This document shows positions 7,539 to 18,767 of a stretch of 64,000 bases of DNA, one piece after another. The stretch lies in the NCBI RefSeq assembly GCF_013149785.1, contig NZ_JABEZU010000004.1:124001-188000 (forward strand). The letters run 5' to 3'. The notes under the pieces are model-generated. The model worked only from the letters and a program-made list of their open reading frames with translations. It made no database searches and had not been told where the DNA came from. Position 1 is the first letter of the stretch. The number at the start of each line of letters is the position of its first letter. A program made the position numbers and the translations under genes. The stretch is from Isoptericola halotolerans (GTDB taxonomy: Bacteria; Actinomycetota; Actinomycetes; Actinomycetales; Cellulomonadaceae).

Positions 7539-9836
7539 TCAGGGCTGGAGCGTCCAGGGGCCCCACGGCGAGGTGCCGGGCCGCTGGTTGCGGGTCCACC
7601 ACTGCGCCTCGTAGAGCGAACCGTCGTGCTCGACGACGTCGCCGGCGGTGAAGATCCGCGACCGCGTCCACACGGCGGTGCCGTCAGCGGTCTCGGCGAT
7701 CTCCTGCCACGAGCCCCAGGGCGAGGTGCCGGGCTTCTCCTGCGTCCACCACGACGCCTCGTACAGCGCCCCCTTGTGCGTCACCCGGTCGCCCGTCGTG
7801 TACACGGCGCCCCGCTCCCACTCGGCAGGGGACGACGAGCCGGCCTCGACGGTACCGACCACGATCTCGGTGCCGGTCGCCTCGCCGACCAGGCGGAGCG
7901 TGCCGGTCTCCGCCGGCAGGGTGAGCTCGACGGACGCCGTGCCCACCTCGTCGTACGGCGCGTTGCCGACGGTGGAGTCGACGGCGAAGCGCCCGAGCTC
8001 CGTGCCGTCCAGCGTCACCACGAGCTCGTCGTCCGTGATGTCGGCAGCGGTGGACATCGACCAGGACGAGACCTCGAACGCGACGTCGGTGCCTGCCGTG
8101 AGCTCCGAGCCCTCGGCGAACGACACCCCGACGGCCCGCTGGCTCGCGTCCACGGCGAGCGGCTCGTCGGCCGCGAACTCGGCCATGTAGTCGACGAAGG
8201 CCGACAGGTCGATCTTGCCGGTGTCGCGCGTCCCGCTGCCCTCGGCGAAGACGCGGAAGTTGTCGCCGCCCGAGGCGAGGAACGAGTTCACCGTCACCGA
8301 GTACGAGGCGTCGAGCTCGACGGCGTCGCCGTCGAGCCACATGCCGGTGATCCGGTCACCCTCGGCGCGCGCCGGGTCGTAGGTGTAGGTGAAGCCCTCG
8401 GAGACGCCGAGCCGCAGGAACGGCCGCGACGGGACGTTGCCGGCCGAGTCCCGCTGCCACTGCTGCTCGAGCGCGGTCTTGACCTGCTCGCCGGTGAGCT
8501 GCATGTTGACCAGGGTGTTGGCGAACGGCTGCACCGCGGCGGCCTGCTTGTACGTCACGGTCCGGGGGAAGTCTGCCGTGTTGTCGCCGGTGAGGTCGGC
8601 CCGCAGCCCGCCCGGGTTCATGAACGCGATCTGCGCGGCGCCCGACTCCTGCGGTGCGGTGGCCCAGCGCTGCACCTCGGCGACCAGGTTGCCGAGGGTG
8701 GACTCCCCACCGCGGTTCTCGGTGCGGACCGGGTTGCCCTGCGCGTCCGTGGCGGTGAGCTGGGCGCGGTTGAAGACCCCGGCCACCTCACCGAGGGGTG
8801 CGGCACCGAGCTCGTCGGCGACCTCGACGGCGTCCGCGACGATCTGCGCGACCTCGGGGTCGGCCGGGTAGTTGCCCAGCAGGGGCAGCACGTCGGTCTC
8901 CAGACCCAGGACCTCGCCGGAGTCCGGGTCCACCGAGAACACGATCTGGTTCAGGTTGATGCCGTACTCGCCGCCGGAGACCACCGGACGCTCGGTCACG
9001 GCCCGGTCGGCCCAGTCGGCCACCGGGACACGGCAGTCGTACTCGAGGTGGGTGTGGCCCGACATGATCGCGTCGACGTCGCCGTCGATGCGGGTGATCG
9101 TGTCGCCGAAGGTGCCCTCGGTGATGTTGGCGCAGTCGTCGACGGCGGCACCCTCGTGGATGAGCGCCACGACGAGGTCCACGCCCTGGGCGCGCAGCTC
9201 GTCGGCCTCGGCGTTGACGGCGTCGGCGATGTCGGTGAACTCCAGGCCCTCGATGCCGGCCGGGCTCACGAGGAACGGCATGTCCTCGGTGAGCGCGCCG
9301 ACGAACCCGACCTCCACGCCGTCGATCTCCGTGACCCAGGACGGCGGGGTCGCGTGCTCGCCGGTGTCGGCGTCGACGATGTTGGCCGCGATGTACTGCC
9401 ACTCCGCGCCGCCGTAGGGGTTGTCCTCGGCGTCGTAGGGGGCCATGATCCGGCCCGTCAGGTCGTCGAACCCGAGGTCGAGCTCGTGGTTGCCGACCGC
9501 CGAGACGTCGAGGCCCGCAGCGTTGAGGGCGTCGATCGTCGGCTTGTCCTGCTGGATGAACGACTCGAAGGTCGACGCCCCGAGGACGTCACCGGCCGAG
9601 GCGAACACCGTGTTCGGGTTCTCCGAGCGCAGCTGGTTCACGGCACCGGCGAGCACGGCGGCCCCGGCGGCGCCGCCGAAGGTGTCCTCGAGGATGCGGC
9701 CGTGGAAGTCGTTGGTCTGGAGGATCTGGATGTCGACCGGGTCGGCGGCCTGGGCAGGCAGCGCACCGACGGCGACACCCGCGAGCGCGAGGCCGAGCGT
9801 CGTGGCTCCGGCCACCTGCTTGCGCATGGTCTGCAT
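7539..9836 (-). CDS. Secreted 5'-nucleotidase/metallophosphoesterase with two C-terminal CBM5/12 (ChtBD3)-like modules
   Basis: Signal peptide; NDFHG, AGD, GNHE, GHTH, NPGGLRAD, QPFANT, GGDNF motifs; two W..YT.GD.V.H.G.LYEA.WWT repeats. Confidence 0.9.
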   Translation of the reverse strand: MQTMRKQVAGATTLGLALAGVAVGALPAQAADPVDIQILQTNDFHGRILEDTFGGAAGAAVLAGAVNQLRSENPNTVFASAGDVLGASTFESFIQQDKPTIDALNAAGLDVSAVGNHELDLGFDDLTGRIMAPYDAEDNPYGGAEWQYIAANIVDADTGEHATPPSWVTEIDGVEVGFVGALTEDMPFLVSPAGIEGLEFTDIADAVNAEADELRAQGVDLVVALIHEGAAVDDCANITEGTFGDTITRIDGDVDAIMSGHTHLEYDCRVPVADWADRAVTERPVVSGGEYGINLNQIVFSVDPDSGEVLGLETDVLPLLGNYPADPEVAQIVADAVEVADELGAAPLGEVAGVFNRAQLTATDAQGNPVRTENRGGESTLGNLVAEVQRWATAPQESGAAQIAFMNPGGLRADLTGDNTADFPRTVTYKQAAAVQPFANTLVNMQLTGEQVKTALEQQWQRDSAGNVPSRPFLRLGVSEGFTYTYDPARAEGDRITGMWLDGDAVELDASYSVTVNSFLASGGDNFRVFAEGSGTRDTGKIDLSAFVDYMAEFAADEPLAVDASQRAVGVSFAEGSELTAGTDVAFEVSSWSMSTAADITDDELVVTLDGTELGRFAVDSTVGNAPYDEVGTASVELTLPAETGTLRLVGEATGTEIVVGTVEAGSSSPAEWERGAVYTTGDRVTHKGALYEASWWTQEKPGTSPWGSWQEIAETADGTAVWTRSRIFTAGDVVEHDGSLYEAQWWTRNQRPGTSPWGPWTLQP

Positions 9837-9932
9837 GTGTGAGTTCTCCCACTGTTCGAGTTGGATGAAATCACAGTAGCCAGGCAGACCGACCGACGGG
9901 CACCGAGCGGGTAACGATCAGGGAAACTGCGG

Positions 9933-10319
9933 TCAGCGCTCCGGGTCTCCGGGGATCCGCGCCGGTGCGGTGAGGTGCCCCGTGCGGCGCAGCCACCACT
10001 CGACGAGCACCGTGGTGAACGGCGGGACGGCGGCGGCGAGCGCGACGAGCGTGCGCCAGATGCCCCAGCGGTACTGCACGGCCACGATCAGGGCCACCAC
10101 CCCGTAGGCGACGAAGGCCCCGCCGTGCAGGCGCCCGAACAGCCAGACGCCGGCGTCGGTGGTGCCGGTGACGTGCTTGAGGAACATCCCCACCAGCAGG
10201 CCCGCCCAGGTGAACGCCTCGATCCAGGCGACGACGGCGAAGAGGCGGCCGAGGCCCGACAGCGGGGGTCGGGAGTCGGGTCGGGTCGCGGCGGGCCGGG
10301 CGGCAGCGGGCGCGGACAT
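9933..10319 (-). CDS. DUF3817-like small membrane protein
   Basis: AWIEAFTW, G.LHG, VPPFTT pattern; hydrophobic helices. Confidence 0.75.
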   Translation of the reverse strand: MSAPAAARPAATRPDSRPPLSGLGRLFAVVAWIEAFTWAGLLVGMFLKHVTGTTDAGVWLFGRLHGGAFVAYGVVALIVAVQYRWGIWRTLVALAAAVPPFTTVLVEWWLRRTGHLTAPARIPGDPER

Positions 10320-10387
10320 GCAGGGGTCCTTCCAGGGCGGGTGGGGTCACCGGGTCCAACGCCTGACCACCCGCCCCGGTTCCCGGC

Positions 10388-11125
10388 TCAGCGCTGCGCG
10401 GCCGGTCGCACCACGATCTCGTTGACGTCGACGTCGTCCGGCTGGGCGACCGCGAAGGCGACCGCTCGTGCCACGGCCCCCGCCGGGATGCTGGCCGCCC
10501 GGTAGGTCTCCATCGCCGACGCGGCGAGCGGGTCCGTGATGTGGTCTGCCAGCTCGCTCTCCACGACGCCCGGGGAGATCGTGGTGACTCGGATGCTCGG
10601 GTCGGACTCCTGACGGAGACCTTCCGTGAGTGCCCAGGCCGCGTACTTGGTGGCCGAGTAGACGGCCGAGGTGGGCACGACCTGGTGAGCGCCGATCGAG
10701 GCGACGGTCACCACGTGCCCGCCGCCCTGGGCCCGGAAGTGCGGCAGGACGGCCGCGACACCGTGCAGGAGGCCACGGACGTTGACGTCGAGCATGCGGT
10801 CCCACTCGTCGACCAGCAACGCGTCGAGCCGCGACAGGAGCATCACGCCGGCGTTGCCGACCAGCACGTCGAGGCGGCCCCGGTCCGCCACGACGGCGTC
10901 GACCACCGCGGCGAACGCCTCGCGGTCGGTCACGTCGAGCTCACGCGCCTCGGCGCTGTGCCCGTCGGCCTGCAGCTCGGCGACGACGGCGTCGAGGCGG
11001 TCGGTGCGCCGGGCGGCCAGGACCACGTGGTGGCCGGCGGTGGCGAGGGTGCGGGCGGTGGCCTCGCCGATGCCGCTGCTCGCACCGGTGACCAGGATCG
11101 TCAGGGATGTCGTGTGCTGTGTCAT
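10388..11125 (-). CDS. SDR-family oxidoreductase
   Basis: TGASSGIG, NAG, YSATK motifs; start trimmed to MTQHTT. Confidence 0.92.
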   Translation of the reverse strand: MTQHTTSLTILVTGASSGIGEATARTLATAGHHVVLAARRTDRLDAVVAELQADGHSAEARELDVTDREAFAAVVDAVVADRGRLDVLVGNAGVMLLSRLDALLVDEWDRMLDVNVRGLLHGVAAVLPHFRAQGGGHVVTVASIGAHQVVPTSAVYSATKYAAWALTEGLRQESDPSIRVTTISPGVVESELADHITDPLAASAMETYRAASIPAGAVARAVAFAVAQPDDVDVNEIVVRPAAQR

Positions 11126-11976
11126 GTCCTCGACCCTGCCCGCCGCGGCGCCACCCCGGAAGGCCGCGCCGTTCCTGGGAGCAGCACACCCTCCCTGCAC
11201 CGACCGGCCCGACCTACGCTCGGAACCATGACCGCGACCCCGCTCGGCGACTACCTGCGTGCCCGGCGCGACCAGGTGCGCCCCGACGACGTCGGGATCC
11301 CGACCGTCGGGGTCCGCCGCGTCCCCGGGCTGCGCCGCGAGGAGGTCGCGACGACGGCCGGCGTCAGCGTCGACTACTACGTCCGGCTGGAGCAGGGCCG
11401 CGAGCGCCACCCCTCCGCCGCGGTGCTGGACGCGCTGGCCCAGGCGCTGCAGCTCGACGACGACGCCCGCCTTCACCTGTACCGCCTCGCCGGTCTCGCT
11501 CCGGTCCCGGCGCGGACGACGTCACCGGAGCGGGTCGACCCGGGGCTGCTGGACCTGATGGAGCGGTGGCCGGACACCCCGGCCCTCGTCCTGGGACGCG
11601 CCCACGACGTGCTGGCGGCCAACGCCCTGGCGCGCGCGCTGTTCGGCGGGTTCCGTCCTGGCGCGAACCTGCTCGACACGGTGTTCCTCGACCCGGCCGC
11701 GCGCTCGTTCTACGTCGACTGGGAGCGGGCCGCCGCCGGCACGGTCGCCGGGTTCCGCCTCCTGCACGGCACCTTCCCGCACGACCCTCGCATCGCCGAG
11801 GTGCTGCGCACGGTCCTCGACCGGAGCCCTGAGCTGGCCGACCGGTGGGCCCGCCATGACGCCCGCGGCAAGAGCCACGAGACCAAGAGGCTGCACCACC
11901 CCGAGGTGGGCGAGCTGGCCCTGCGGATGCAGGCGTTCGACGTGCGCTCGGCCCCGGGCCAGCAGCTCGTCGTCTA

Positions 11977-14022
<2,046 letters not shown>

Positions 14023-14034
14023 GCCGTCAGCGTG

Positions 14035-14742
14035 TCACAGCACCCCGCGGGCGACGTACACGGTGTTGCTGGACCGCCCACCGGTGATCGGGTTGGCGAA
14101 GTCGACAGGGTGCGACGAGTGATCGGCGAACGCCCGGTCCAGCTCGGCCTCGAACGCGGCGTCGGGCGGGTCGTCCGACCACAGGGCGAACACGCCGGCG
14201 TCGGTGAGGTGGCGGGCCATCGCGCGCAGCCCGGCCGCGTCGTAGAACGCGGCGTGGCTCGGGTGCAGCACGTGCCGGGGGCTGTGGTCGATGTCGAGCA
14301 GGATCAGGTCGTGCCGCCGCTCCGGCTCCTGGCGCACCCGCGCGAAGAAGTCGCCCTGCACGAACCGGCAGCGCGGGTCGGTGGCCAGCCCGGCGGCGTC
14401 CGGCAGCAGCGCACGCCGGTGCCAGTCCAGGACCGGCCCCGAGTACTCCACGACCGTCACCTCGCCGACGCGCGGGTCCTCCAGCGCGGCGAGCGCGGTG
14501 TAGCCGAGCCCGAGGCCGCCGACCAGGACGTCGAGCGACGCACCCTCGGGTGCCTCGCTGCGGCCCAGGGCGAGGGTCGCGAGCTCGCGCTCGGCCACCG
14601 TGAAGAGGCTGGACATGAGGTACTCGTCACCGAGACGGACCTCGTACACGTCCACCTCGGCCGCCGGGTCGTACCGCCGTCGGAGGCTGATCTCCCCCAT
14701 CGGCGTGGGCTGGAAGTCGAGCTCCTCGAAGCGCAGCGGCAT
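14035..14742 (-). CDS. Spermidine-synthase-like SAM-dependent methyltransferase
   Basis: LMSS, VLVGGLGLGYT, ILLDIDHSP. Confidence 0.8.
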   Translation of the reverse strand: MPLRFEELDFQPTPMGEISLRRRYDPAAEVDVYEVRLGDEYLMSSLFTVAERELATLALGRSEAPEGASLDVLVGGLGLGYTALAALEDPRVGEVTVVEYSGPVLDWHRRALLPDAAGLATDPRCRFVQGDFFARVRQEPERRHDLILLDIDHSPRHVLHPSHAAFYDAAGLRAMARHLTDAGVFALWSDDPPDAAFEAELDRAFADHSSHPVDFANPITGGRSSNTVYVARGVL

Positions 14743-14765
14743 GGCTCAGCGTCTCACGCGGCGGC

Positions 14766-15212
14766 TCAGGCCGGCGGACCGCCTTCCCAGGGGCGGGCGC
14801 CGATGACGGGCCGCCCGGCGGTGTAGTCCTGGCGCATCATCGGCGAGGAGATCATCATGTCCGCCGTGGTGACGTTGCACGCCATCGGCACGTTCCACAC
14901 GGCCGCGAGCCGCAGCAGCGCCTTGACGTCCGGGTCGTGGGGCTGCGCCTCGAGCGGGTCCCAGAAGAAGATCAGCATGTCGATGTCGCCCTCGGCGATC
15001 TTCGCGCCGATCTGCTGGTCGCCGCCCACCGGGCCGGACAGCAGCCGGTGGACGGGCAGGCCCAGCTCGTACTCGAGCATGGTCCCGGTGGTACCCGTCG
15101 CCCAGAGCTCGTGCCCGGACAGGGTGCCCCGGTTGAACTCCGCCCAGCGCAGGAGCTCGACCTTCTTGTTGTCGTGCGCCACGAGGGCGATGCTGTGCCG
15201 AACGGTGTCCAT
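14766..15212 (-). CDS. mgsA: Methylglyoxal synthase
   Basis: [40 protein letters not shown]. Confidence 0.95.
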   Translation of the reverse strand: MDTVRHSIALVAHDNKKVELLRWAEFNRGTLSGHELWATGTTGTMLEYELGLPVHRLLSGPVGGDQQIGAKIAEGDIDMLIFFWDPLEAQPHDPDVKALLRLAAVWNVPMACNVTTADMMISSPMMRQDYTAGRPVIGARPWEGGPPA

Positions 15213-15320
15213 GGAGCACTCCTCACCCGGGCGCTCGCCCGTCTGCCCACCATGCTTCCACGTCTCGTCCCGATCGCTCCGCAGGGTGCGCGACGCCGCG
15301 TCGGGTTAAGGTTCGTCACC

Positions 15321-15890
15321 GTGACCGAGGCGACCGCACCACAGCCTGCTCTCCTGCCCGTCAGGACGAGCCGCCTCGTGCTGCGCACGTACCGCGACGA
15401 GGACCTCGAGCCGCTGCTGGACTACTACGCGGACCCCGAGGTCGCGCGCTTCCTCCTCGAGGAGGCGTGGACGCGCGAGGACGCCGAGGCCCAGCTCGCG
15501 CTGCGTCGGCAGCGCACGGGGATCGAGGGACCGGCGTCTGCGCTGGCGCTCGTGGTCGAGCACGAGGGCACGGTCGTCGGCGACGTCGCCCTGTGGACGA
15601 CGGGCGACACGGTGTCCCGCGGGGAGGTCGGCTGGGCGTTCCACCCGGGCTACGGCGGTCGCGGGTTCGCGACGGAGGCGCTGCGCTCCCTGCTCGGCAT
15701 CGCGTTCGACAGGTACCGGATGCACCGGGTGGTGGCCCAGCTCGACGCCCGCAACGAGCCGTCGGCACGGCTGTGCGAGCGGGTCGGGATGCAGCGCGAG
15801 GGTCATCTGCGCGCGGACTGGTGGTCCAAGGGCGAATGGACCGACACCCTGGTGTACGGGATGCTCCAGCGGGAGTGGCAGCGCCCCTGA
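15321..15890 (+). CDS. GNAT N-acetyltransferase (RimJ/RimL family)
   Basis: RTSRLVLR, GEVGW, GRGFATEA, NEPSARLCERVGM..EG. Confidence 0.88.
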   Translation: MTEATAPQPALLPVRTSRLVLRTYRDEDLEPLLDYYADPEVARFLLEEAWTREDAEAQLALRRQRTGIEGPASALALVVEHEGTVVGDVALWTTGDTVSRGEVGWAFHPGYGGRGFATEALRSLLGIAFDRYRMHRVVAQLDARNEPSARLCERVGMQREGHLRADWWSKGEWTDTLVYGMLQREWQRP

Positions 15891-15930
15891 CCTCGCCGGA
15901 CGCCGCGCACTGTCAGGCAGGGTCGCGCCG

Positions 15931-16971
15931 TCAGGCGGAGTCGCGCCGGACCAACGACGTCGGCAGGGTCACCGCCGAGGGCTCCTCGCCCTCGACGACG
16001 CGCAGCAGCAGCCGCACCATCTCCGCGCTGATCCGCTCGTAGGGCTGACGCATCGTGGTCAGTGCCGGGTGGAGCTGCGCCGCGACGCCGTTGTCGTCGA
16101 ACCCGGCCACGGCGACGTCGTCCGGGACGCGCCGCCCGGCGGCCGCCGCCGCGGTGAGGGCGCCCGCCGCCATGAGGTCGCTGTGGACGAACACCGCGTC
16201 GATGTCGGGGTGCTCCTGCAGCAGGCGGGCCATGCATCGCCGGCCGCTGTCGCGCGAGTAGTCGCCGTGCTCGACGAGGGCGGGGTCGAAGGCCTCCCCC
16301 AGCGCCTCGCGGTAGCCCTGGAGGCGCAGCACGCCGCCCGGGGTGTCCAGCGGGCCGGTGATCGTGGCGATCCGACGGCGCCCGGTGTCCAGGAGGTGCT
16401 TGGTCATCGTCCGGCCGCCGGAGAGGTCGTCGGCGGTGACGTAGGCGACCTGGTCCTCGTAGCCGAGCGGAACACCGCACGCCACCGTGGGGATGCCCAG
16501 GCCGAGCAGCTCGGCCAGCATCGGGTTCCCCTCGTGGGAGCTGATGAGGAGCACGCCGTCGACGTGCCCGGCCTCGACGTAGTGCGCCACCCGTCGGCGC
16601 TCCTCCGGCGTGCCGGCGACGAGCAGCACCATCGGCATCTCCCGCGTCGCGGCGGCCTGGGTGGCCCCGCGCAGCAGCAGGGAGAAGTTGGGGTCCTCGA
16701 ACAGCAGGTGCTGCGGCTCGGTGAGCAGGAAGGCGATCGAGTTGGACCGGCCCGTGACGAGCGACCGGGCATGCTCGTTGGCGCGGTAGCCGGTGCGCTT
16801 GATCGCGGCGTCGACGGCGGCACGCGCCTCCGGGGAGACCCAGTGTCCGCCGTTGATGACGCGCGAGACGGTGCCGCGCGAGACGCCGGCGGCAGCGGCG
16901 ACGTCCCGGATGGTCGGGCGCTTGCCGTTCTTGCGGGCCCGGCGGGCGTCGCTGCTGGTCGGGCCTTCCAT
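15931..16971 (-). CDS. LacI-family transcriptional regulator
   Basis: TIRDVAAAAGVSRGTVSRVIN HTH; VPDDVAVAGFDD; LTTMRQP. Confidence 0.93.
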   Translation of the reverse strand: MEGPTSSDARRARKNGKRPTIRDVAAAAGVSRGTVSRVINGGHWVSPEARAAVDAAIKRTGYRANEHARSLVTGRSNSIAFLLTEPQHLLFEDPNFSLLLRGATQAAATREMPMVLLVAGTPEERRRVAHYVEAGHVDGVLLISSHEGNPMLAELLGLGIPTVACGVPLGYEDQVAYVTADDLSGGRTMTKHLLDTGRRRIATITGPLDTPGGVLRLQGYREALGEAFDPALVEHGDYSRDSGRRCMARLLQEHPDIDAVFVHSDLMAAGALTAAAAAGRRVPDDVAVAGFDDNGVAAQLHPALTTMRQPYERISAEMVRLLLRVVEGEEPSAVTLPTSLVRRDSA

Positions 16972-16990
16972 GCCCCGGAGTCTAGCGTGC

Positions 16991-17012
16991 GGGCTGTGAA
17001 CGCTCACAGCCC
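16991..17012. promoter_or_regulatory. LacI-type operator (probable autoregulation)
   Basis: GGGCTGTGA-ACGC-TCACAGCCC dyad, just upstream of a TAGACT -10 element of the LacI gene. Confidence 0.7.
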
Positions 17013-17035
17013 TGTCTCCCAGGGATGCGACGGGC

Positions 17036-17446
17036 TCAGCGGCGCGCGAGGCGGAACACCGGGATCACGCGCGAGGTCCTCTCCTCGTACTGCCGGAACC
17101 CGTCGGACAAGCGCTTGAACCGCTCGAACGCGGCGTCCCGCTCGGCGCCGACGAGCTCCTCGGCGCGCACCTCCACGGTCCCGTCGTCCGGCGTCTCGAT
17201 GGACACCTCCGGGTGCGCGAGCAGGTTGTGATACCAGTCCGGGTTGGTGTCGGCGCCGGCCGCCGAGGCGGTGATCAACCAGGCGGAGCCGGACTCCCGG
17301 ATCGTCGCGAGCGGGTTGACCCGCTCGGTGCCGCTCTTCGCGCCGTAGTGGTGCACGAGCACGAGCCCGCGCCCGAACCCCATCGTCGCCACGGTCCCGC
17401 CGTTCTCGCGGAACTCGTCGATGATCTGCTGGTTCCAGTCGGCCAT
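17036..17446 (-). CDS. Deazaflavin (F420)-dependent nitroreductase-family protein (Ddn/DUF385-like)
   Basis: WNQQIIDEFRENGG, GAKSG..R.NPL, PDWYHNL.AHP, R.IPVFRL. Confidence 0.85.
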   Translation of the reverse strand: MADWNQQIIDEFRENGGTVATMGFGRGLVLVHHYGAKSGTERVNPLATIRESGSAWLITASAAGADTNPDWYHNLLAHPEVSIETPDDGTVEVRAEELVGAERDAAFERFKRLSDGFRQYEERTSRVIPVFRLARR

Positions 17447-17524
17447 GGGCCCAGTATCGACCGGTCACACCGGCCGTGCCAGACCGGGCGCGAAAGCCGA
17501 CGGCACACGCATAGAATCGATTCG

Positions 17525-18751
17525 ATGCCTGCCTCCGGTCCCACCGTCGACCCTCGCCGCGCCACGATCATCCTCGTCGCGCTGGCCGCCTCGACGTTCC
17601 TCTTCGTGACCGTGGAGTCCCTGCCCGCCGGACTGCTGACCCTCATGGCACCGGATCTCGACCGGCCGACCTCCCAGATCGGCCTGCTGGTCACCGCCTA
17701 CGCGCTGGTGGTCCTGGTGGCGTCCGTCCCGCTGGCGCACGTCACCCGCAACATCCCGCGACGATGGGTGCTCTCGACCTGCGCGGGCATCGCCGCCGTC
17801 GCGACCCTGTGGGCCGCGGTGACGCCGTCGTACGAGCAGCTCATGGTCGCCCGGGTGGTGACCGCGCTCGCCCAGGCGCTGTTCTGGGTGGCCGTGGTGC
17901 CCGCCACCGCCGGGCTCTTCCCCCCGGGAGCGCGTGGCAAGGCCATGGCGCGGCTGGCGATCGGCAACTCGCTCGCCCCGGTGCTGGGCGTGCCGGCCGG
18001 GACCTGGCTCGGCGAGCTCACGTCCTGGCGGGTCACCTTCGTCGCCGTCGCCGTGCTGTCCACGGTGATCACCGTCATCGTCATCGCCCTGTTCCCGTCC
18101 GTGGCTCCCTCGGCCGGCGGCGCGAGCGAGGCACCGTTCCCCTCGACGCGCCGCTTCGTGTTCCTCATGGTGATCACCGTGCTGGTGGTGACCGGCGCGT
18201 TCGGGGTCATCACCTTCGTCACCCAGTACCTGCAGGACGTCACGGGCTACACCCAGTCCGACATCCCCGCGCTGCTCCTGCTGCAGGGCGGGGCCGGGGT
18301 GGTGGGCGCCGTCGTCGTCGGCCGGTTCCTCGACCGGCGGCCCGTCGGGGCGTTCCTCGTCGGGGCGTGCGTCCTGGTGGTGGCGCTGGCCGGGCTGTGG
18401 GTCGTCGGCGAGTCGAAGGTCGGGGCCGTCCTCTGCCTCGCCGCGTTCGGCTTCGCCTTCTCCACCGTGCCACCCGTGCTCTCGCACCGGGTGCTGCTCG
18501 TGTCACCGCGCGGGACCACCATGGGCCAGGCGATCGCGTCGTCGCTGTTCAACCTCGGCATCGCCGCCGGTTCCGGCCTCGGTGCCCTGCTCGTCGCCGC
18601 GGTCGACGTGCGGACCGTGCCGCTGGTCTCCGCGGGCGTGGTGCTGCTGGCGCTGCTGGTGGCACTGCTCGAGGAGCGGGTCTGCGAGCCGCTGGACTCG
18701 GTGGTGCGACGCGGGGTCGAGGAGGTCGTGGGCGGCCGGTCCGCGACGTAG
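17525..18751 (+). CDS. MFS transporter (AraJ/NepI-like)
   Basis: About 12 hydrophobic helices; ESLPAGLL, GVPAGT.LG...WR. Confidence 0.88.
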   Translation: MPASGPTVDPRRATIILVALAASTFLFVTVESLPAGLLTLMAPDLDRPTSQIGLLVTAYALVVLVASVPLAHVTRNIPRRWVLSTCAGIAAVATLWAAVTPSYEQLMVARVVTALAQALFWVAVVPATAGLFPPGARGKAMARLAIGNSLAPVLGVPAGTWLGELTSWRVTFVAVAVLSTVITVIVIALFPSVAPSAGGASEAPFPSTRRFVFLMVITVLVVTGAFGVITFVTQYLQDVTGYTQSDIPALLLLQGGAGVVGAVVVGRFLDRRPVGAFLVGACVLVVALAGLWVVGESKVGAVLCLAAFGFAFSTVPPVLSHRVLLVSPRGTTMGQAIASSLFNLGIAAGSGLGALLVAAVDVRTVPLVSAGVVLLALLVALLEERVCEPLDSVVRRGVEEVVGGRSAT

Positions 18752-18767
18752 CGCTCCCTGGCGCCGA

